A stretch of 64,000 bases of DNA from Shigella phage vB_SdyM_006. The notes below the pieces were generated by a model. It worked only from the letters and a program-made list of their open reading frames with translations, was not told where the DNA came from and ran no database searches. Both the position numbers and the translations under genes were made by a program. The stretch lies in sequence record MK295204. One strand, given 5' to 3'. This document shows positions 54,992-64,000 of the stretch, one piece after another (within the stretch, counting starts at the first letter, position 1; every line of letters begins with the position of its first letter).

Positions 54992-55611
54992 TGAAGAACA
55001 ATAACGTATCACATTCGTCTCCTAATTCTAGTGAAATATATTATGAAGTTCATAATGATACATTAGCAGGTAATAGGGTTCCACTAGGAACCCAAGATAC
55101 AAGACAGTCAAGTTTAAACACATACCAACCTAATGTGCAGGCTGCTATAGACGATCTTAAGGGATCGTTTTTACCTTTAAACACATTAATCTATAACTCT
55201 GATGGAGAAAACCCACAGGGAGCTTCTCAAGTGGATTTTATAGATTTTAGTGGGACCGTTGAAGGAACTGGACCTACTATTGTCCAAGTTTTTGGCCTGC
55301 CCGTAACAGTTAATGGTGGTGATACCGCATCTGAAGTTACAGCAGCGTTCGAAAAACTTGCACAAGACTTGGTTTCTAAAAATCAGTATTTTTCTTTTGT
55401 ACAAAAAGAAACTGAGACTAGACTGACAATCAAATATATCGATTATAGAGACCATGATGCTATAAATATGTATAGTAATGGTATTAATGTATCAACAGAA
55501 CTTCAATCTCCAGCTAAATATGGATATGGGACTTGGGTTAAATTAGGTGTTAAAAATGAAACCTTAGGAGATACAGAATTACCAGTCCATATATTCAAAA
55601 GGATAGCATGA
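54973..55611 (+). CDS. 11: Baseplate wedge protein gp11 (short-tail-fibre attachment)
   Basis: 212 aa; VFGLPV ... GYGTW motifs shared with T4 gp11; an alternative start at 54991 overlaps the gp10 stop. Confidence 0.85.
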   Translation: MDKGSIMKNNNVSHSSPNSSEIYYEVHNDTLAGNRVPLGTQDTRQSSLNTYQPNVQAAIDDLKGSFLPLNTLIYNSDGENPQGASQVDFIDFSGTVEGTGPTIVQVFGLPVTVNGGDTASEVTAAFEKLAQDLVSKNQYFSFVQKETETRLTIKYIDYRDHDAINMYSNGINVSTELQSPAKYGYGTWVKLGVKNETLGDTELPVHIFKRIA

Positions 55612-56954
55612 TGCAAAATACATATAAACATATAAGTGACAGTTCGTCTTTTGTCACTTTTAATCCAGCCAATACACAGTGGGACCAATCTATTAAAGAT
55701 GTCCAGACTGCTTTATCAAAAATTGGTTCATGGGCTATGATAGGTAAAGGATTACCTATCTCAACAGAAACATTAAACGGGATAATTAGAACTGCAACTC
55801 GTGATGAAGTTCTAAAAGGTTTAGGTTCAGGAGCGGTGACACCTAAATATTTAGAAGAACGTCTAGCTCATCCTCAAGCAACAGAATCCGTTTTAGGATT
55901 AACTAAATATGCTAATAATTCTGAAACACTAGCTGGGTCCATTAATAATAAGGCTGTTGTTCCTACTGGATTAAAACATACATTAGATTCTAGAACTTCT
56001 ACTGAAGGAAGAACTGGGTTAATTAAGATATCTTCTTTAGCCGCAGCGGCACAAGGTATTGATGACACAACGGCTATGACTCCTAAAAAAGTCAAACATG
56101 CTATAAACCAATTATCCCCGTCTTATGGTGTTGCAACAGAAAAAAATAGTGGGACCGTTAATATTGCGTCTATAGGGCAAGTTGCCCAAGGTCAAGCACA
56201 TGACGGTATTGCAGTTTCTCCTAAAGGTTTTATTTCAACTAGGGCCACAGAAACACAAGTTGGTACAACTAAAATAGCTAATGTTGCTCAAACTAAAGCC
56301 ATGACTGATGGGACTGTTGTTATTTCCCCTAAAAATTTGGCTCAACTTAAAGCATCAGATTCTGAATTTGGATTAGTTAAAACCACAACAACTATAGGCA
56401 ATTCTGGTGCCAATCTTGCACTAAGTCCTATGGCTCCAGTTGTCCCTAATACAAGAACCGTAAACAATAAGCCTTTAACAGGCAATATTGTTTTAAGCGC
56501 TGATGACGTAGGTGCATACTCTAAATCACAAGTATGGACTAAAACAGAATCCGATGCAAGGTATATGCCTAAAACAGATATTCCAAAACAGTCATTTTAT
56601 ACTTATTTTGATGCATGGGATTTAGGTGGTAAATATCCGATTGGGCGTGGCGGTTATTGGGCAGATATAGGCCAAACTAGATTACCATTTGGTGAATATA
56701 CACGACTACAATTTAATCTGACATTAAAAAATACATCAGATCTTAGACCGTTTGTGTTAAGAATATGGCAAAATGGAACATTAATAAAAGAACATTCTAG
56801 ATTTATAGGTTACCCAAACAATTATGATTTTACAGATAGATTATTAATTAATGGCAAATTTAAAGCTGGGGATATTATTAGGGCAGAAGCCACAGCCAAT
56901 GGTGGTCCTAATTACAGATATAATTTAAGTACATGGTACCTATTATTCACATAA
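55608..56954 (+). CDS. 12: Short tail fibre protein gp12 with divergent C-terminal domain
   Basis: 448 aa; N-terminus MMQNTYKHISD ... KISSL ... DDTTAMTP matches T4 gp12; C-terminal 130 aa or so do not resemble the T4 receptor-binding tip. Confidence 0.85.
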   Translation: MMQNTYKHISDSSSFVTFNPANTQWDQSIKDVQTALSKIGSWAMIGKGLPISTETLNGIIRTATRDEVLKGLGSGAVTPKYLEERLAHPQATESVLGLTKYANNSETLAGSINNKAVVPTGLKHTLDSRTSTEGRTGLIKISSLAAAAQGIDDTTAMTPKKVKHAINQLSPSYGVATEKNSGTVNIASIGQVAQGQAHDGIAVSPKGFISTRATETQVGTTKIANVAQTKAMTDGTVVISPKNLAQLKASDSEFGLVKTTTTIGNSGANLALSPMAPVVPNTRTVNNKPLTGNIVLSADDVGAYSKSQVWTKTESDARYMPKTDIPKQSFYTYFDAWDLGGKYPIGRGGYWADIGQTRLPFGEYTRLQFNLTLKNTSDLRPFVLRIWQNGTLIKEHSRFIGYPNNYDFTDRLLINGKFKAGDIIRAEATANGGPNYRYNLSTWYLLFT

Positions 56955-56963
56955 GGAAATATA

Positions 56964-58700
56964 ATGGATAAAATAGAATTACTTCCACTGCCATTTGTTG
57001 ATGGCCCAATTAAAGACCAAACACAGATAGAATGGATTTTAAATAAAAAAGAATGTTTAACCGGAGCATCTAAATACGGTAAATCGGACGGGGTCCTTAA
57101 TAGGGTCCCAGCACAATTATATGAAAATATCAAAACGCTTGAAGAAAATGACTCATTATTACATGGGCAAGTAAATGAATTGATTGATTCTGTAGATACT
57201 ATTAATGAATCATTAGAAATTGGTAACAATAAAGATTTAATAAAAACAATTATTGAAACCAAAGAACGAGCTGATATATTTGAAAGCGTTATACAAAGCA
57301 ATTCTGATGACATTTTTAGCTTAGACGAAGATATTGTAGATCTGAAGGGAGAAGTTGGTATTCATAATCCTATTGATACTGTAAAAAGAACACTTCGTGA
57401 TGACACATTATGGATTAAACGTGAAATGGGTTCTTATCCAGGCCAAGACATTAATGGACAGTCTTCTCAAGAATCTTTAGGAAGCGGTATGAAAAGACGT
57501 ATTATCGATACTGCAACACAAACAGTTGATAATACTAAAAGAATATCTGCGTTAGAAAAAACATGGAGCGATTCTGATGTTGGTAGTTTAACTATTGAAG
57601 TTGGTAAATTAAGAACTGAACTTGGTAATTCTTCTGATCAAGAATATTTGTCTGTATATAAACGACTTTCTGTTATTGAAGATAACGTAGATAAAGGTAG
57701 TGAAGTCATTAGTGATATTATGACTAAAATAGGTTCTGGTAACATTTCTGAAGCTGTTAATGAAAATAGTTCAGAAATAACTAAACTTAATGAGGAAGTT
57801 CTAGGCACGTCTGGAGTAAAAACTAGAGTATCACGTATAGAAACTAAAATTGGAAATGACACTACACCGTTTACTATTCTTTATGATATAAGTAAAAACA
57901 CAGAAGGATTAAAAGATTTAAATACGACAGTCGGTGCTGACACAAGTTCAGGTCTTCGTGGACAAGTTGCATGGATTCAAACACAAGTTGGCCTTGGAGA
58001 CGAACCACCTGCTCCAGGAACGGTTTTGTCTAAAATAGACTTGTTAACAAATAGCACTAATGAACTTAGTATAGATGTCCAAAATCTCCAATCTGAAGTA
58101 GGTAATAATAAAACTGGTATTAAGGGAACCGTTATTCAATTAGTTAAGGCTATTGAAGGAACTGATCCTGAAGGCACAACGGTTAAAGAAATAGGAATTC
58201 AAAAAGCTACTGAAGATATGTATGAAGTTTATGACAAAGGCATGCCTTTACCTCCAGAAGATGGTAAAGCTTATATATGCCGTTATAAAACTTGGTATGC
58301 TATTCCTACTTCTCTTGGTGTGTTTACAGCAAATTATAATAAAACTGTTGAAGAAGGTCTTAATGATGTTGCAATAACTGATACAGTGATAACTAAGCTA
58401 TGTGAACTCACTGATGGCAAAATCTCTATATTTGATACAGGATATTATGAGATAGATTTTGAATCACTTATCCCTAAAGAGTTTTCCGAAAGAAAAATTA
58501 AATTTAGTTTATTTAAAAATGAAGAAGCTTTTTTTGAAACAAGCGATTTAATTTCTACTAATAATTCTAATGTGTTTAAAGAATCAACTATAGTAGAAAT
58601 AGCGGAAAACGATAATATTTCTATTAAAGTAGAATCACTTGATTCAGATTTTTCTGAAATAACGTTTGGAATTAAAATACAAGTAAAACCACTTATATAA
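56964..58700 (+). CDS. wac: Fibritin (whisker antigen control, Wac) with extra C-terminal domain
   Basis: 578 aa; N-terminus LPLPFVDGP ... matches T4 fibritin; coiled-coil body; foldon-like motif PEDGKAYICRYKTWYAIP followed by about 125 extra residues. Confidence 0.85.
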   Translation: MDKIELLPLPFVDGPIKDQTQIEWILNKKECLTGASKYGKSDGVLNRVPAQLYENIKTLEENDSLLHGQVNELIDSVDTINESLEIGNNKDLIKTIIETKERADIFESVIQSNSDDIFSLDEDIVDLKGEVGIHNPIDTVKRTLRDDTLWIKREMGSYPGQDINGQSSQESLGSGMKRRIIDTATQTVDNTKRISALEKTWSDSDVGSLTIEVGKLRTELGNSSDQEYLSVYKRLSVIEDNVDKGSEVISDIMTKIGSGNISEAVNENSSEITKLNEEVLGTSGVKTRVSRIETKIGNDTTPFTILYDISKNTEGLKDLNTTVGADTSSGLRGQVAWIQTQVGLGDEPPAPGTVLSKIDLLTNSTNELSIDVQNLQSEVGNNKTGIKGTVIQLVKAIEGTDPEGTTVKEIGIQKATEDMYEVYDKGMPLPPEDGKAYICRYKTWYAIPTSLGVFTANYNKTVEEGLNDVAITDTVITKLCELTDGKISIFDTGYYEIDFESLIPKEFSERKIKFSLFKNEEAFFETSDLISTNNSNVFKESTIVEIAENDNISIKVESLDSDFSEITFGIKIQVKPLI

Positions 58701-58705
58701 TTTAA

Positions 58706-58727
58706 GGACCTTCGGGTCCTTTTTTTG
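58706..58727 (+). terminator. Rho-independent terminator: GGACC-UUCG-GGUCC plus U7
   Basis: Read directly, immediately after the wac stop. Confidence 0.6.
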
Positions 58728-58736
58728 GAGTAAATT

Positions 58737-59663
58737 ATGGCTGGATATAACGCATATAATCCTAAAGAATTAAAAGATGTTATCTTAAGACGTTTAGGAG
58801 CACCAATTATTAACGTAGAAGTAACAGAAGATCAAATCTATGACTGTATTCAAAGGGCTTTAGAACTATACGGAGAATACCACTTTGATGGGCTTAATAA
58901 AACATACCAAACATTTTACGTTGGAGAAGACGAAACCTATACAAAAGGAGTTTTTGATTTACACCCATCGGTTTTTGCTGTTACACAAATAGTTCGAACT
59001 AATGTTGGTTCTATAACATCAATGGATGGCAATGCAACTTATCCCTGGTTTACAGATTTTTTAATGGGTATGGCTGGCATAAATGGTGGGATGGGTTCTT
59101 CTTGTAATAAATTTTATGGTCCTAATGCCTTTGGAGCAGACCTTGGATATTTTACACAGTTAATGCAATACAGAAGTATGATGCAAGACATGTTATCTCC
59201 ACTTCCAGATTATTGGCAAAACTCTGATACAAACCAATTAAAAGTCATGGGTAATTTTAAACCAGGCGATATTATTATATGTGAAGTTTATGTTAAATCG
59301 TATATCGATGTTCCTGATAATATGGGTGCAACATCTGGGTACGCTTGGGCTGGCGGTTGTGAAGATGAAGGAAGTGCTTCGGATATATATGATAATCCAT
59401 ATAAGAAGTTGACAGGATATACTGCTGGCGACGATTCACAAGTCCATCAAGGTTCATATAACAATAGATGGGTCAAAGATTATTCGACAACATTAGTTAA
59501 AGAATTAAATGGACAAATCTTAGCTAAACATCAAGGCATGCAATTAGCTGGTGGTGTTACCGTTGATGGTATTCGTTTAATAGAAGAAGCTAGAGAAGAA
59601 AAAAGACTTCTAAGAGAAGAACTAGAATTATTAGACGGGCCAGTTGGAATACTAATAGGATAA
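58737..59663 (+). CDS. 13: Neck protein gp13
   Basis: 308 aa (T4 gp13 is 309 aa); synteny. Confidence 0.8.
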   Translation: MAGYNAYNPKELKDVILRRLGAPIINVEVTEDQIYDCIQRALELYGEYHFDGLNKTYQTFYVGEDETYTKGVFDLHPSVFAVTQIVRTNVGSITSMDGNATYPWFTDFLMGMAGINGGMGSSCNKFYGPNAFGADLGYFTQLMQYRSMMQDMLSPLPDYWQNSDTNQLKVMGNFKPGDIIICEVYVKSYIDVPDNMGATSGYAWAGGCEDEGSASDIYDNPYKKLTGYTAGDDSQVHQGSYNNRWVKDYSTTLVKELNGQILAKHQGMQLAGGVTVDGIRLIEEAREEKRLLREELELLDGPVGILIG

Positions 59664-59666
59664 ATT

Positions 59667-60410
59667 ATGTATGATAGTAGCTTATTTGCAAAATTAGAAA
59701 ATGATTCTGGTTATCATAAAACAAATGAGAGTCAGATACTGAACCCTTATGTCAATTTTATGAAGCACGGAAACACACAAGAATTAGCTGATGTTTTAGT
59801 TCAAGAAACAATACAAATGAGAGGTTTAGAATTATATTATATTCCTAGAGAATACGCTAATTTAGACCTTTTATTTGGAGAAGATCCAAATTCTAAATTT
59901 ACTAAAGCTTGGAAATTTGCAGCATATTTAGATTCATATGAAGGGTATTCCGGTGACAACTCTTTTATTTCGTCTTTTGGGTATCAAGTTAATGACCAAG
60001 TTAAATTCATTATAAATCCATCTTTGTTCAAGCATCAAGTTAATGGTAAAGAACCTATTGAAGGCGATTTAATTTATTTTCCTATGGACAATTCATTATT
60101 CGAAATAAATTGGGTCGAACCGTATACACCGTTTTATCAAGTTGGAAAAAATGCACAACGCCAAATCGTAGCAGAGAAATTCATTTATTCTGGTGAAGAA
60201 CTGAATCCTGAATTACAAAGAAATGAAGGAATAGAAATAGATGAGTTTAGTGTTTTAGACTTAGAACCAGTTAAAAACTTAGATGGCTTAGCTGACATTA
60301 CATCAGACGAATACTCAGAAGTTAAGCAGATTAATAGTGAAGCCAAAGAATTCGTTCAACCATATTATGTTGGGACTGGGCGAGGAACGCCGTTTGATGA
60401 CTTTGAATAA
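59667..60410 (+). CDS. 14: Neck protein gp14
   Basis: 247 aa (T4 gp14 is 256 aa); synteny. Confidence 0.8.
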   Translation: MYDSSLFAKLENDSGYHKTNESQILNPYVNFMKHGNTQELADVLVQETIQMRGLELYYIPREYANLDLLFGEDPNSKFTKAWKFAAYLDSYEGYSGDNSFISSFGYQVNDQVKFIINPSLFKHQVNGKEPIEGDLIYFPMDNSLFEINWVEPYTPFYQVGKNAQRQIVAEKFIYSGEELNPELQRNEGIEIDEFSVLDLEPVKNLDGLADITSDEYSEVKQINSEAKEFVQPYYVGTGRGTPFDDFE

Positions 60411-60495
60411 ATAAGTATATAAACAAATTAAATGATGGGGGTGGGTTATTTTTGGACACTGGTACAATAGCTCGTTAAGAAGGTACATAGTATTA

Positions 60496-61281
60496 ATGGG
60501 AGATTTATTCTCTCATGTTTCTGTTGCCAGGATACGAGATGATAAAATAAAATATATAAGAGTTCCTATTACATATAAATCTAAAGAAAGATTTGTTCAA
60601 GTATTAAATAAATATACAAACCCTTCTAGTCAAGAAAATATTGCTAAAGTCGAAACAGTTTTACCACGAATGAATTTAAACCTTGTTGATATGATGTATA
60701 ATTCTGGGTATAAAACTTCTCAAGCTAATAGAACCATGTCTAGAGAAAATGGGTTAAGAACATATTCTCAATACGCGCCAACGGCTTTTAAGATGATATT
60801 TGAATTAGGAATATACACTAGAAATCAGGACGATATGTTTCAAATTGTTGAGCAGATTCTTCCTTATTTCCAGCCACATTTTAATACAACAATTACAGAA
60901 ATGCATACAAATCCTATTAAAAAATTTGATAGAGATATAAGAATAGCGTTCCAAAGTGTTGCTATTGATGAAACACCAGATGGTGATGTTAATACAAGAA
61001 GACATATAGAATGGTCTATTATGTTTGAAGTTAATGGATGGATTTATCCACCTGTTGCTGACATTAAAGGCGAAATTAAAACAGTATATGTTAATTTCTT
61101 TAATGAGAAAGTAGAACTTACTCCTGAAGGAGAATTTGAAGAATTCGAAGAATTTGAATCAGTAGATCACCAGGTAGTCCCAGATGACGTTCAGGAAGCG
61201 GATTGGGATGGAGAAAGTGTTACTACATATTCTAGAAATAAGCCTATTCCTGTTGATCCTGATAAGCCTAAACCGAGGTAA
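60496..61281 (+). CDS. 15: Tail sheath stabiliser / tail terminator gp15
   Basis: 261 aa (T4 gp15 is 272 aa); synteny. Confidence 0.8.
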   Translation: MGDLFSHVSVARIRDDKIKYIRVPITYKSKERFVQVLNKYTNPSSQENIAKVETVLPRMNLNLVDMMYNSGYKTSQANRTMSRENGLRTYSQYAPTAFKMIFELGIYTRNQDDMFQIVEQILPYFQPHFNTTITEMHTNPIKKFDRDIRIAFQSVAIDETPDGDVNTRRHIEWSIMFEVNGWIYPPVADIKGEIKTVYVNFFNEKVELTPEGEFEEFEEFESVDHQVVPDDVQEADWDGESVTTYSRNKPIPVDPDKPKPR

Positions 61282-61283
61282 TT

Positions 61284-63534
<2,251 letters not shown>

Positions 63535-63564
63535 TAAATACTATAAACAAATGAGGATAAATCA

Positions 63565-64000
63565 ATGGCATCGACATTACTTTCACCTGGAGTTGAATCT
63601 AGGGAAACTAGCGTACAATCTACGATTGTCAGAAACGCTACAGGAAGAGCGGCTCTTGCAGGTAAATTTGCATGGGGTCCAGCGTTCCAAGTTGTACAAA
63701 TTACAAATGAAGTAGAATTAGTTGACACTTTTGGTGGCCCTAATAATGATACAGCAGATTATTTTATTAGTGCTATGAACTTTTTACAGTACGGTAATGA
63801 TTTACGTGTTGTAAGGGCTGTTGACACAAAAAATGCTAAAAATGCTTCACCATTATTTGGACAAATTAAATCTAAAATCGTTTCAGGTGGTTCTAACTAC
63901 ACTGTAGGCGATAAAGTTGTTGTAAAATACAATAATAAAACTATTGAAGAAGACGGTATTGTTACACAAGTTGCTAGTGATACTAAAAAAATTGAGAAGA
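63565..64000 (+). CDS. 18: Tail sheath protein gp18, N-terminal part (continues beyond window end)
   Basis: My translation MASTLLSPGVESRETSVQSTIVRNATGRAALAGKFAWGPAFQ ... AMNFLQYGNDLRVVRAVD matches the T4 gp18 N-terminus; GAGGA RBS upstream. Confidence 0.9.
   Translation, partial: MASTLLSPGVESRETSVQSTIVRNATGRAALAGKFAWGPAFQVVQITNEVELVDTFGGPNNDTADYFISAMNFLQYGNDLRVVRAVDTKNAKNASPLFGQIKSKIVSGGSNYTVGDKVVVKYNNKTIEEDGIVTQVASDTKKIEK

Overview
This window is a T4-like (T-even, Tevenvirinae-type) myovirus genome segment, AT-rich and densely packed, with many start/stop overlaps. Positions 1-41920 are an early/middle-gene region on the minus strand, with synteny matching T4: 45 (partial), rpbA, 46, 47, 55, nrdH, nrdG, nrdD, 49, nrdC, a hyperplastic block of small ORFs, tk, regB, denV, nudE, a tRNA cluster (9 tRNAs plus a GIY-YIG endonuclease), two internal-protein genes, 57B, 57A, 1, 3, 2, 4. 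Positions 41972-64000 are late structural genes on the plus strand: 53, 5, a 687-aa ORF, 6, 7, 8, 9, 10, 11, 12, wac, 13, 14, 15, 16, 17 and the start of 18. All identifications rest on reading the ORF translations against remembered T4 proteins and motifs; no searches were run. My own coordinates for tRNAs, promoters, hairpins and sub-threshold ORFs may be off by 1-2 nt. The most unusual loci are: the 687-aa ORF between gene 5 and gene 6 where T4 has small 5.x genes including the PAAR tip; a minimal YadA-like outer-membrane anchor next to a LysM protein; an Arr-like mini ADP-ribosyltransferase candidate leading a tandem triplet of paralogs; a T5-type M15 endolysin where T4 has lysozyme e; a fibritin with a domain appended after the foldon-like motif; and two copies of a promoter/stem-loop repeat module 35 kb apart.
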